Shown here: piece after piece, positions 39,382 through 49,449 of the stretch
How the letters are laid out: every line of letters starts with the position of its first letter
Numbering within the stretch: the stretch's first letter is position 1
Assembly (NCBI GenBank): GCA_963664815.2
Contig: CAXXHB010000002.1
Span: 704,001-768,000 of the forward strand
Length of the DNA: 64,000 nt
Origin: Spirochaetota bacterium
Lineage (GTDB): Bacteria > Spirochaetota > UBA4802 > UBA5550
Reading direction: 5' to 3'
The notes under the pieces: model-generated
The model's database searches: none
Seen by the model: only the letters and a program-made list of their open reading frames with translations
What the model was told of the DNA's origin: nothing
Translations under genes and position numbers: made by a program

Positions 39382-40548
39382 ATGAATGAACCGGTACGGC
39401 CATTGCTTGATTTTCTGATTATTGCAGAATTTTCTCAGACAATTCTCCTTATTTTTATTTTACTGGTTATGGAGAAAAATAAAAAAGCCAACATTTTCTT
39501 TGCGGCATTTCTCTTCATCCTATCATCTAATTTTTTCTCATTTTACCTTTTTAAATCTGATTTAGGGGTTTTGTCATTCATTTTTGCATTGTTTTCAGTC
39601 CCGGGAATTTCTATAACAGGAGTATTAATTTATTTTTACGCGCTTTCAATAACCGGACTTCTTGAAAGTTTTTATAAAAAGCAGCTTTTTCATTTTTTAA
39701 TATTTCCTGTCAGTTTTATTTTTTTTATAGTTGCCGTACATACGGTAAATGGTGTTCCACATGAATCCGATTCTTTCCGGAAAGCTATTTTTATAATAAT
39801 AAGTATTGGACTATTAAACTCGATTTCATATATCGCTTATACAATGGTTGTTCTACACAGGTATTATCATAAGATAGAAAACTATTATTCTGATCTTGAC
39901 AGGATGAATCTTAAATGGCTTTCAAGACTTAATCCGCTTACATTTATCACTCTTGCATTCTGGTGTGTCGGATTCTGGACTGCCCACCTGGGGATAGTTT
40001 CGAAAAGCCCCGCAGGTTTAACTATAAACATTTCAATGCTGATAATAATTATCTTTATTACAGCATATAACCTCATTAACCAGCCAGAAGTATTCAGACA
40101 GAATATTGAGATGAATCACCTGATAGAAGATCATATTGATTCAGCAGAATCTGAAAAATACGCAAGGCAGAGTATAGATGAAAGCATGCAGGACGAATAT
40201 CTCGCTAAACTGAATATGTTTATGAATCAGTATAAGCCTTATCTTAATGAGAATATTACTATTAAAGACTTGGCAGAAGAATTACAGATTCCTTCACATC
40301 ATCTTTCAATTGTAATAAATAACCGGTTAAATAAGAACTTTTATACTTTTATAAATGAATACAGGATAAAAGAAGCAGCAGCAATTCTTGAAAATCCTGA
40401 TAATTCCGAGGCGAGTATTATTGCTATAGCCTTCAGATCGGGTTTCAATTCAAAATCAACTTTTAATTCTGTTTTTAAAAAAATTACAGGGCAGACACCC
40501 TCCGAATACAGGAGCAGAAACAGTTTCAGGTCTGAACTTGCAAGTTAG
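39382..40548 (+). CDS. Membrane-anchored AraC family transcriptional regulator
   Basis: About seven TM helices, then AraC HTH (PYLNENITIKDLA, FINEYRI, SGFNSKSTFN, TPSEYR). Confidence 0.93.
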   Translation: MNEPVRPLLDFLIIAEFSQTILLIFILLVMEKNKKANIFFAAFLFILSSNFFSFYLFKSDLGVLSFIFALFSVPGISITGVLIYFYALSITGLLESFYKKQLFHFLIFPVSFIFFIVAVHTVNGVPHESDSFRKAIFIIISIGLLNSISYIAYTMVVLHRYYHKIENYYSDLDRMNLKWLSRLNPLTFITLAFWCVGFWTAHLGIVSKSPAGLTINISMLIIIIFITAYNLINQPEVFRQNIEMNHLIEDHIDSAESEKYARQSIDESMQDEYLAKLNMFMNQYKPYLNENITIKDLAEELQIPSHHLSIVINNRLNKNFYTFINEYRIKEAAAILENPDNSEASIIAIAFRSGFNSKSTFNSVFKKITGQTPSEYRSRNSFRSELAS

Positions 40549-40620
40549 GACTATATATAAAACGCTGTTACGTGCAAACTTGTAAGCCCGGTCGACAGAA
40601 CTCATTTTTTTTGATATGGT
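40530..40620 (+). promoter_or_regulatory. Two related 22-bp sites 42 bp apart plus a -10-like hexamer; candidate AraC-activated promoter
   Basis: GTCTGAACTTGCAAGTTAGGAC (40530-40551) and GTGCAAACTTGTAAGCCCGGTC (40572-40593); TATGGT at 40615-40620. Confidence 0.5.
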
Positions 40621-40653
40621 AATTCCAGTTTAACAAATTATTGAGGTTACCAA

Positions 40654-42060
40654 ATGAGGCTTAGGTTTTTTATTTTATCAGTTATTGCATTTTTACTGTG
40701 CATGCCCGCTTATTCTGAGGAAGCCGGACAGGAGAGAAAGACTATTTCCTATAATGTGTATATTTCCGGAATAGAAAAATCGCTTCCTGAACTTAAAAGC
40801 AACGATATAAATGTTCTTTCAGCAGAGAACAAAGTTAAAAGCGCAAAATCTGGTGGAGATATATCACTCAAGGCCGGTGGGAATGTGTATTCAAATAAAG
40901 AATATTCAGGATTGGACAGGGGCGATGTAAAGGGGTATGAGTATTACGCGGGTCTAAGCAAAACTATTACCTCCACAGGGACAACTCTCAGCAGTACTTA
41001 TAATTATTCGAAGAACAGCTACAGCAATTTCAGCTCCATCACCGATTATTCTGCTTATGAACCTTCAGTCTCTGTCAAGGTTTCTCAGCCGCTTCTTTAT
41101 AATTTTCTTGGAAAAGTGGACAGGTACTCGGAGAATAACGCGAACATGCAGCTTGAAATTGCGAAGTATCAGCTTCAGGAAAACAACAAGAGTGTACTCA
41201 ACGCTTATAAGAAGCTATACTTCCAGTGGATAATGTGCAAAGAGAATATTAAAAATCTGGATGAGGCCATCAGTAATTCAAAAGTTCTTATGGCGCAGAT
41301 AAAAAGGAAAGTTGATGCAGGTCTTGCCGACAATGACGATTATCAGGGCTCGGTCGCCTCAGTTCTCAGCTATGAGAACCAGAGGAGGGAGTACCAGACG
41401 CTGCTTAAAAATATTGAGAACCAGATAGCTGTTTATATAAATATAAACAATAGTCTCCCGGATGAAAAAGAATTTAATGAGTACTATTTTAAAGCCATAC
41501 ACTCCAGACTTGAGGAGAAGGATTTTAAAAGTACATTATCTGCAAAAATAATGGACTTAACAATGAAAAATTATGTCTATTCAAAGGGTGTTTATGAAAA
41601 CAGACTTTTACCCGAATTTAACATTTTTGCCGGGATGACAAAGAAGGATATTGCGGAATCGCAGACCTATGGGGCCAAAGATACTGATTACAGCGTTGGA
41701 TTTGAGTTCAGGTATTCACTTGAGAATAACTCGGCGGAAAGCAGTTTAAAGGATATAGAAATACAAATCAAAGGGCTGGAGTATGAATATGATGCAGTAC
41801 ATAAAAGTTACAGGAAACAGCTGCTCGGATATATGGAATCTTCAAACGGAATTACAGAGCAGCTTGAAAACATGGCGAGATCATTAAAGGCGCTTGAATC
41901 CAAACTCGTGACGGAAAGGAAAAAATACAGTCAGGCAAGACTTAACCTGTCATATGTAATAAATACGGAGAACAGCATAACATCTGAAAAGAATAGTTTA
42001 CTTGCATTGAGGTACCAGCTTATAGGTAATTACATTGATTATATGGACCTGGTTAAATAG
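40654..42060 (+). CDS. TolC family outer membrane efflux protein
   Basis: Signal peptide, VSQPLL strand, long amphipathic helices repeated twice, LLPEFNI; precedes the RND gene. Confidence 0.8.
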   Translation: MRLRFFILSVIAFLLCMPAYSEEAGQERKTISYNVYISGIEKSLPELKSNDINVLSAENKVKSAKSGGDISLKAGGNVYSNKEYSGLDRGDVKGYEYYAGLSKTITSTGTTLSSTYNYSKNSYSNFSSITDYSAYEPSVSVKVSQPLLYNFLGKVDRYSENNANMQLEIAKYQLQENNKSVLNAYKKLYFQWIMCKENIKNLDEAISNSKVLMAQIKRKVDAGLADNDDYQGSVASVLSYENQRREYQTLLKNIENQIAVYININNSLPDEKEFNEYYFKAIHSRLEEKDFKSTLSAKIMDLTMKNYVYSKGVYENRLLPEFNIFAGMTKKDIAESQTYGAKDTDYSVGFEFRYSLENNSAESSLKDIEIQIKGLEYEYDAVHKSYRKQLLGYMESSNGITEQLENMARSLKALESKLVTERKKYSQARLNLSYVINTENSITSEKNSLLALRYQLIGNYIDYMDLVK

Positions 42061-42247
42061 GGAGATATTTTTTAAATAAAAAATTAAATTAAGGACTGTA
42101 GTTGTTAATAAGCATTAATTATAAATTATTTTTTAACAGAATTAATTCTGACCTGGGAATCTGAATGTTTTAAAAAAGATTTCTTACACATAGAGTTGAT
42201 CCTGGTTTGAATAAAAGATATGTTAAATGTATTAAAGAGGAATAAAG

Positions 42248-45200
42248 ATGAATATAGCAAAACTCGCGATTAAACGCCCTGTATTTATATCATGTATAGT
42301 AGCAATCATAGTTATTGTAGGTGGAATTTCTTATCACAACATCGGTGTTGAGCTGATGCCCGACATGTCATTCCCGACAATCGGTGTAACGACAACTTAT
42401 GCAGGTGCGTCTCCAGAGGAGATAGAACAGCTTATAACAAAACCGCTTGAGGATGAATTGGGATCTTTATCAGGTCTTAAACACCTGAGTTCAGAGAATA
42501 TTGAGAGTCTGTCAACCATAACACTTGAGTTTGATATGACAGTTGATGCGGAAAAGGCTGCCCAGGATGTGCGTGACAGGATTAATATTGTGAAAAACAA
42601 TCTTCCGGACGATCTTACCGATGATCCGGTTGTGCGTAAGTTCGATCCGGATTCATCAGCAGTTATCAGACTTGCACTTATCTCAGATCTCACTACTGCG
42701 GAGATATATGATCTTGCGAAGGAGACAATAAAACCAAAACTGGAAAGGATCAAGGATGTTGGCAGCGTACAGATTACGGGGGGCAGTCGAAGGGAGATAC
42801 AGATTGAAATTGACCAGGCTAAACTCAATTCATATATGATTCCAATGACAAGCGTGGTGGGGCAGATTAAAAGCTCAGGTTCTAATATCCCCGTAGGGAA
42901 AAAGGAACATGGGAATACACAGACCGTTTTCAGAGCAATGGGTGAATTCACAGATCTTAATCAGGTAAGGAATACTCTGATATCTTTCTCGGGGGATCTT
43001 GGGAACTCGGTAAGTGTTAAAACTCTCGGTGTGGTTAGTGATGGCAACAAGGACATCGAAAGTATTGGATATATCTATACTCCGACTGTGAAAAATGATA
43101 AAAACAACAGAGATAATAAAATGAGCGGAGTCGGGATTGTTCAATCCTGTATATATCTGGATGTTATCAAGCAATCCGGTAAAAACACGGTTGAAGTAAC
43201 AGACAGTGTGAAATCACAGATAGTTAAAATAAATGAAAGCCTTAAACCAGCAAAGGGCAATTCACGTATCATAGTTACTTCGGACCAGTCCAAATGGATA
43301 AAGACAAATGTCAGCGAAACCGTAAGCACAATTCTCATTGGAATATTTCTCGCTGTGCTGGTTGTCTACCTTTTTCTCGGAAATATACGATCAACAATCA
43401 TTACGGCAATTGCAATACCTAACAGTCTTCTTGGCGCAGTTATACTAATGAATGTAATGGGGTATTCTTTTAATATAATGACACTTATGGCGCTTTCACT
43501 TGTAGTTGGGCTTCTTGTTGATGATGCTATTGTTGTGAGGGAAAACATATTCAGAAAGCTTGAGAAGGGTGAGAGCTCTTTCAGGGCTGCTGAATCAGGC
43601 ACTACTGAAGTTATGTTAGCTGTTGTGGCAACAACACTCGCTATCCTGTCGGTATTTTTCCCAATAGGCATGTTAAGTGGTGTAATAGGGAAACTCTTCA
43701 AACAGTTCGGATTTACAGTTGTTTTTGCAATGATTGTGAGTCTGTTTGATGCACTTACGGTAGCCCCATTTCTCAGTGCATATTTTGCCGGTGACGGGAG
43801 AAAATCCTCCAATATTTTTACGCGCTCGTTTGAACGGTTTCAGGATAAAGCAGAAGAACTTTATTTAAAGGTTATGGGATACTGTCTGAAGCACCCAATA
43901 ACAGTAATTATTGTAACAACACTTATATTTATCAGCAGTATAGTTCTTCTCTCTTTTGTAAAGAAAACATTTATAGCATCCGGTGACAGAGGGGAGTTCG
44001 CTGTTAATATAGAGATGCCGGCAGGGACAAGCCTTCAGGGGACAGGGGAGATTCTTAAAAAGATAGAGGAAAAGATTAAAAATATTAAGGATCTGGACTA
44101 TTACAGTGTAACGGTGGGGAATTCAAGCGGAGAAGTAACGGAGGGTGAAATTCATTGTGTACTAAAAGCAAACAGAGAGAAGACTACTGATCTGTATAAA
44201 GAAGAAATGAGGAAAGTACTCTCTGAGTTTGCATATGCCAACCCGACTGTAAATGACAGTCATGCTAGCGGAGGTAAATCAAGTCCGTTTCTTCTTATTG
44301 TCTCAGGACATGATCTGGTGTCAGTGGAAAAAGCATCATCTATGATATTGGAAAAGGTAAAGACGATACCAGATCTTGTAGATGTTGATTCATCCATGAA
44401 AAAAGGTAATCCGGAATTTAGAGTTAACTTTAACCAGGAGAGGATGCAGGCTCTCGGTGTAATAAACACAGTGGCAGGAACGGAACTCAGGTATAATATA
44501 ACCGGAGCGGTTGTGGGGAAGTTCCGTGAAAATGGTGTAGAATATGATATCCGTGCAAGACTAAAACCGGAGCAGAGGGACCTGGCCGGTACATTCAATA
44601 CGACTAAGGTTGCCAATACCTCAGGGAGAATGGTACCATTAAATGCTGTGGCATCAGGAGAGAAGACGACGGGATTCGCGCAGATAAGCAGGCAGGATAA
44701 AGCGTACGTTGTTAAAATTACCGCGAACCTTTCAGAAAACGGAGCTGTTGGTAATGCTATGAACCAGACAAAAAAACTTATAAATAATATACAACTCCCT
44801 GCCGATGTCACGTATAGTTTTAGCGGGGAATCTGAAGTTTTTGCTGATACTGCATCGAGCGTTGTATTTGCGTTGATAATGGCTATTGTTTTTATCTATC
44901 TAGTTCTCTCAAGCCTTTATGAATCATTCATCACTCCCTTTACAATACTTGTTGCGGTTCCTCCCGCACTGACGGGGGCACTTCTTGCACTTTTTATTAC
45001 AGGTTTTATGCTCGATCTCTTCAGCATGATTGGGATGGTAATGCTTATGGGGCTTGTTACGAAAAATTCAATATTGCTTGTGGATAACGCTGTACATGGT
45101 GTTAATTCCGGGCTTGGCGCGAAAGAGGCTGTTTTGCTGGCGGGGCAGAGAAGGCTGCGCCCTATTCTTATGACGACATTTGCAATGCTTGCCGGGATGC

Positions 45201-45451
45201 TTCCGCTTGCGATGGGTATTGGTGAAGCAGCAAAAATGAGGCAATCAATGGGGATTTCAATAATGGGGGGAGTTATAGTTTCAACCCTGATAACTCTCAT
45301 CGTCGTACCGGCAGTATTTGAATATATAGACAGATTCAGGGTGGCGACAGAGAGTAAAATTCTTGTAAAGGATAAAAATTATTTTCTGGAAGAAACGGCT
45401 GGAGTTGAAAGCATGCAAGGAGTGAAACCTGCGGGTAAAAGAGGAAAATAA
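42248..45451 (+). CDS. RND efflux transporter permease (AcrB/AcrD/AcrF family)
   Basis: IKRPV, YAGASPEEIE, GLLVDDAIVVREN, GLVTKNSILLVD, RLRPILMT. Confidence 0.96.
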   Translation: MNIAKLAIKRPVFISCIVAIIVIVGGISYHNIGVELMPDMSFPTIGVTTTYAGASPEEIEQLITKPLEDELGSLSGLKHLSSENIESLSTITLEFDMTVDAEKAAQDVRDRINIVKNNLPDDLTDDPVVRKFDPDSSAVIRLALISDLTTAEIYDLAKETIKPKLERIKDVGSVQITGGSRREIQIEIDQAKLNSYMIPMTSVVGQIKSSGSNIPVGKKEHGNTQTVFRAMGEFTDLNQVRNTLISFSGDLGNSVSVKTLGVVSDGNKDIESIGYIYTPTVKNDKNNRDNKMSGVGIVQSCIYLDVIKQSGKNTVEVTDSVKSQIVKINESLKPAKGNSRIIVTSDQSKWIKTNVSETVSTILIGIFLAVLVVYLFLGNIRSTIITAIAIPNSLLGAVILMNVMGYSFNIMTLMALSLVVGLLVDDAIVVRENIFRKLEKGESSFRAAESGTTEVMLAVVATTLAILSVFFPIGMLSGVIGKLFKQFGFTVVFAMIVSLFDALTVAPFLSAYFAGDGRKSSNIFTRSFERFQDKAEELYLKVMGYCLKHPITVIIVTTLIFISSIVLLSFVKKTFIASGDRGEFAVNIEMPAGTSLQGTGEILKKIEEKIKNIKDLDYYSVTVGNSSGEVTEGEIHCVLKANREKTTDLYKEEMRKVLSEFAYANPTVNDSHASGGKSSPFLLIVSGHDLVSVEKASSMILEKVKTIPDLVDVDSSMKKGNPEFRVNFNQERMQALGVINTVAGTELRYNITGAVVGKFRENGVEYDIRARLKPEQRDLAGTFNTTKVANTSGRMVPLNAVASGEKTTGFAQISRQDKAYVVKITANLSENGAVGNAMNQTKKLINNIQLPADVTYSFSGESEVFADTASSVVFALIMAIVFIYLVLSSLYESFITPFTILVAVPPALTGALLALFITGFMLDLFSMIGMVMLMGLVTKNSILLVDNAVHGVNSGLGAKEAVLLAGQRRLRPILMTTFAMLAGMLPLAMGIGEAAKMRQSMGISIMGGVIVSTLITLIVVPAVFEYIDRFRVATESKILVKDKNYFLEETAGVESMQGVKPAGKRGK

Positions 45452-45489
45452 CAGCCTGATCTGGATAGATAAAAAGTAACATATATTCT

Positions 45490-45520
45490 GTGTGTATGTG
45501 TTTAATTAATACATACACAC
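45490..45520. promoter_or_regulatory. 10-bp inverted repeat upstream of tetR (operator or hairpin)
   Basis: GTGTGTATGT-N11-ACATACACAC. Confidence 0.4.
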
Positions 45521-45600
45521 TGAATATAACATTTAACAGGAGAATAGATTCTTTGTACAGAGCTTATAGAGATTCAGTACAAATTAAAAAGGAGGGTAAA

Positions 45601-46257
45601 ATGATAAGCAGAGAGAAAATTATAAGCGCAGCTGTTACTGTTTTCTCGGAAAGAGGCAGGCATGGCGCACGTGTCGAGGAGATAGCAAGATGTGGGCACA
45701 TAAACAAGGCGATGATATATTACATTTATAGCAGTAAGGATGAGCTATATTTTGAAGTTATAAAGTTTATCCATGAAAAGCTGATTGAAACTCTCGCTCC
45801 GGTTGCAGAAAAACTTTCACAGGTGAATAGCAGTTATAATGACGAGTTGAACCATTTTTTATCTTCATATACTCAGTTTTTTAATGAATATCCGGATTAC
45901 AGGAATATTCTTATTGATGCTATGAGTAATGGGCCGGAAGAGACACTTAAAGTCATAAAATATATCAATGAAACTTACAAAGATAAGAATATTGCAGTTT
46001 TTATGAAAGACTTTATCGATAGGGGGAAATCGGCCAGATATTTTCGTGATATTGATACAGAACAGATAATGATCAGCATTTACGGCATGCTTATATTAAA
46101 TTCTCTGCCTGATTTTTTTCTCGGGAGAACCGGTTTAAAGACTGATGATAACAGCCGCAACATTGATACAAGTAATATAAATATTATAGATGTTCTGCTG
46201 AATGGAATAGTAGAGGGGAAATCCCGGAATGAAAAAATACAGGATCTGACTATATAG
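45601..46257 (+). CDS. TetR/AcrR family transcriptional regulator
   Basis: REKIISAAVTVFSERGRHGARVEEIA...KAMIYYIYSSKDELY; start at 45601 has an AGGAGG SD. Confidence 0.92.
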   Translation: MISREKIISAAVTVFSERGRHGARVEEIARCGHINKAMIYYIYSSKDELYFEVIKFIHEKLIETLAPVAEKLSQVNSSYNDELNHFLSSYTQFFNEYPDYRNILIDAMSNGPEETLKVIKYINETYKDKNIAVFMKDFIDRGKSARYFRDIDTEQIMISIYGMLILNSLPDFFLGRTGLKTDDNSRNIDTSNINIIDVLLNGIVEGKSRNEKIQDLTI

Positions 46258-46265
46258 AGTGATCC

Positions 46266-47570
46266 TTATGGCATCAGCTTCCCCCTTATATGAGTTATAA
46301 TCTCAATAAGGCTTATGTCGTTGGCATTATCCATGTAAAGCACTCCGTTTTTAATTAATGGAGAAAGAATGGAGTAGATATCCTCGGTGAGTCCCCCATA
46401 TTGACTCATAAAAGATTCAATACGTGATCTGACGCTGAACTCTATTTTCTCTCTTGAAGAAAGTGAAAGGTATGAATCAATTACACTGAGCATTCTTTCC
46501 CTGTCATATGGTAAACTGCCTTTGATGTTTAACAGGTTAGGTGCACTGTCACTGACGATTTCTGTTTTACAGGTGGTTTCAGATATAAGTGTACGAATCT
46601 CCCTTACTACATCCTCTTCCGATGCTTCGGTAAAACTGCCATTACACCTCATTGAATCGAGACCGGTTCCGGGAAAAATTTCAAGGGTACGGAGTCTCAC
46701 AAAATCGGGTTCTATGGCGCTTAATATTCTGGCGGTTTCTTTTGCGTTTTCTTCAGATAATGCTTTTCCACCAAGTCCAGGCATTACATACACTGAGCAG
46801 GAAATGCCTGCATCCTTTGTTTTAAGTGCACCGTTTATATGGTCTTCAGAGGTTAAACCCTTGTTGACAAGCTCAAGGACGCGGTCGCTGCCGCTTTCAA
46901 GTCCAAAGTGTACGCGGTTTATTCCAGAGTCAGCATATATCTTCAGGTCACCGGGAGTCCTTATTTTCGCTGCGCTTTTTGTCCTCCCGTAAATCGTGAT
47001 GCGGCCAATAGAGGGGAATGTCTCCCTGACTAGCGAAGAAACATATGCAATAAACTCAGGTTTAAGTACCAGTGAATCTGCGTCGCCGAAGAAACATGTT
47101 TTACCTCCGTACATCCTCCATGAGAAGATGTGCGTAAAACTGTCTTCAGTTGTAGGCTTGTCCTTGAACCATGAAAGGAACCATTTTATTCTTTCGTCAG
47201 AAACTGTAGAATCTTCAAGGTTATTGCTCTTTTCATTAATTGATGGAATTGACCCGGCCTTGAATCTTGCGCGTTTAATTTCAGTGATGAGCGAATATAG
47301 CGATGATTCATCATATGATGAAGTGGAGAGGCCGGAGATTCCTTCATCTCTAAGGAGTGAATCAATGATTTTTGCGCGTTTAATATCAGCTTCAACTTCT
47401 TCAATAGTTCTCTTTGAAAATCTTGAACCGGTTTTGTAAACAGGGCAGAAACCGCATTTGTTCCAGTAACAGTTTCGCGTAAGTCTGAAAGTAAGGCTGT
47501 TGTTTTCTGTAGGTGGGCGTATTGAGCATATTTCAAATGGTTCAAATTCTGAATAATTGATGTTTCGCAT
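46266..47570 (-). CDS. Radical SAM protein of unknown function
   Basis: IRPPTE, RNCYWNKCGFC, FFGDAD, GLESGSD, MPGLGG; start MRNIN has an AAGGAGG SD (ORF track starts at 47612). Confidence 0.88.
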   Translation of the reverse strand: MRNINYSEFEPFEICSIRPPTENNSLTFRLTRNCYWNKCGFCPVYKTGSRFSKRTIEEVEADIKRAKIIDSLLRDEGISGLSTSSYDESSLYSLITEIKRARFKAGSIPSINEKSNNLEDSTVSDERIKWFLSWFKDKPTTEDSFTHIFSWRMYGGKTCFFGDADSLVLKPEFIAYVSSLVRETFPSIGRITIYGRTKSAAKIRTPGDLKIYADSGINRVHFGLESGSDRVLELVNKGLTSEDHINGALKTKDAGISCSVYVMPGLGGKALSEENAKETARILSAIEPDFVRLRTLEIFPGTGLDSMRCNGSFTEASEEDVVREIRTLISETTCKTEIVSDSAPNLLNIKGSLPYDRERMLSVIDSYLSLSSREKIEFSVRSRIESFMSQYGGLTEDIYSILSPLIKNGVLYMDNANDISLIEIITHIRGKLMP

Positions 47571-47673
47571 ACGAAAACTCGCCTCCTTTGAATCGCTGGC
47601 ATTTACTCTCATGAAAAAAGAGGGAAGAGGATTTAATCAGAATAAAGGTTAAAGAAGAAAATTCAATTATTTT

Positions 47674-48222
47674 TTACAAAATCAGATCAGGGTAAAGCTT
47701 TCTGGCACATTTGGGGCAAATAGTGTGTGTAAATTCAGCGTCAGTGTGATCATGAATATATTGTTCTATCTGCTGCCAGTATCCCCTGTCATTCCTTATG
47801 TTTTTGCATGAAGCACAGATTGGCAGAAATCCCTTTAATAGTTTAACTTCATCAAGGGCCTTATTTAACTTTAAAGATAATTCTTTCTCCATTTCTAATG
47901 AAATCCGTATTTTAGATAACAAAATAGAAAGCAACATGAATGATATCAGACGGATACCTCCATTCAAAATGTAATATATCCAATGGGAATATGTATGCCC
48001 TGATTTAAAATCAACATATGTCCATATGATGGCCGAAAAGATTGAAGAGAATATTGCACATCTTTTTCCAATGTACCATGCAAAATAACTGATAGGCATA
48101 TAATAAAAAACAAAAAAACTGAGTTCATAGCCGGTTATGTAATCGATGACGCCGAGTACTACTGTCAGTAAAATGGAAAAGAGTATCATAGTTGTTTTTA
48201 ATCTGAGTATATTTTTAATCAT
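47674..48222 (-). CDS. Four-TM membrane protein with C-terminal Cys4 (zinc-ribbon-like) domain
   Basis: DUF4118-like TM region (DYITG, FYYMPI), short coiled coil, LPICASCKNIR...FTHTICPKC. Confidence 0.75.
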   Translation of the reverse strand: MIKNILRLKTTMILFSILLTVVLGVIDYITGYELSFFVFYYMPISYFAWYIGKRCAIFSSIFSAIIWTYVDFKSGHTYSHWIYYILNGGIRLISFMLLSILLSKIRISLEMEKELSLKLNKALDEVKLLKGFLPICASCKNIRNDRGYWQQIEQYIHDHTDAEFTHTICPKCARKLYPDLIL

Positions 48223-48413
48223 GTATCAGTCTCTTTTTCGTTAAAAGAATTTATTCTGTTATCAGGATTTTGCAGTAGTAATTTTTTAAGTATAATAAAT
48301 CCAAAGTCAAGCTCTATTAAGGATGATATTAATGATATATCCAGGAAAAATAATGAAAATTTTCATCCGAATTTAAAAAAAGATAAGGCAGATTGTTTGC
48401 TCAAAAATTAATA

Positions 48414-48441
48414 TTGACAAAAACTTCACTATTTTTAGGAT
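48414..48441 (+). promoter_or_regulatory. Sigma70-type promoter of the rpmH cluster
   Basis: TTGACA, 16-bp spacer, TAGGAT. Confidence 0.5.
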
Positions 48442-48530
48442 AACCCTTTGAAATACTCACATTATTAATCTGAAAAACCTGTAATGTAAATATAAACAGT
48501 AAATTAATCGTATAAAGAGAGGTAATTCAT

Positions 48531-48689
48531 ATGAAAAGGACATTCCAGCCAAGCAAGACTAAAAGGGTAAGAAAACATGGATTTATGTCAAGAATGGAGT
48601 CTGTTGAAGGAAGAAAAGTAATTATGAGAAGAAGAAGAAAAGGAAGAAGAAAACTGACTGTATCAGATGAAAAAAGGATGCCTAAATAA
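48531..48689 (+). CDS. rpmH: 50S ribosomal protein L34 (missing from the ORF track)
   Basis: [52 protein letters not shown]; SD GAGGT. Confidence 0.98.
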   Translation: MKRTFQPSKTKRVRKHGFMSRMESVEGRKVIMRRRRKGRRKLTVSDEKRMPK

Positions 48690-48707
48690 TTATAAATTAT
48701 TCATGAT

Positions 48708-49082
48708 GTGAAAAGGGTATATTCGTTAAAAAGCAGGGAATCTTATAAGTATATTTTTTTGAAAGGAAAAAAAATAAAGGGCAGGGGCAATATCATTTTT
48801 GTTTTAAAAAGCAGTGCCATTGATAAAGGTAAAGACAAATCAGCTTTCAGTGATATTAAAATTGGGATAGCCATAGGTAAAAAATTAGGGAAAGCTAATA
48901 AAAGGAACTGGATAAAAAGGCGTATCAGAGCTATTTGCAGCGAATTAATTGTACAAATGAATGATGGATTTTCAATAATAGTCAAACCTGGCCCGGAGAA
49001 TGAAGCGATGAGTTTTGAAGAACTCAAAAGAGATATTGTAACACTTTTCAGAAATGCCGGAGTACTGAATGAGGGTAATTAA
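48708..49082 (+). CDS. rnpA: Ribonuclease P protein component
   Basis: GIAIGKKLGKANKRNWIKRRIR (RNR motif); synteny with rpmH; GTG start. Confidence 0.93.
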   Translation: MKRVYSLKSRESYKYIFLKGKKIKGRGNIIFVLKSSAIDKGKDKSAFSDIKIGIAIGKKLGKANKRNWIKRRIRAICSELIVQMNDGFSIIVKPGPENEAMSFEELKRDIVTLFRNAGVLNEGN

Positions 49083-49347
49083 TATTATAATTAATTTATC
49101 AGGAAAAGCTGTTTCCGGTTTTGCTGTGTATATAATTAAGTTTTATAAGTTTTTTATATCTCCAGTGTTGCCTGCTGCATGCAGATATTATCCTACATGC
49201 TCTGTTTATTCAATACAGGCGATAAAAAAATTCGGATTTATTAAAGGGGGTTTCCTCTCTCTTAAAAGGGTACTCTCATGTAATCCTTTAGGTGGTACGG
49301 GATTTGATCCTGTTCCCGAGGTTTTTAGTTTTAAAAAAGCTTCTTAA
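49069..49347 (+). CDS. yidD: Membrane protein insertion efficiency factor YidD
   Basis: ISPVLPAACRYYPTCSVY, CNP, GFDPVP. Confidence 0.95.
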   Translation: MRVINIIINLSGKAVSGFAVYIIKFYKFFISPVLPAACRYYPTCSVYSIQAIKKFGFIKGGFLSLKRVLSCNPLGGTGFDPVPEVFSFKKAS

Positions 49348-49449
49348 TCTTTTTCAGATTTCTGCATTAACAAATACCTCTTTTTCACTTCTGGCAATAA
49401 TAGTTTATTATTAATTGTACAAATAATTTTACGCACAAAGGAATAAAAA

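Noticed and set aside
42397-45300. Long antisense ORFs within the RND, rnf, glyQS, fadN and liv genes
   Set aside because: Antisense shadows of well-conserved genes, with no motifs or SD sequences
48223-48530. oriC next to rpmH
   Set aside because: No dnaA and no cluster of DnaA boxes visible
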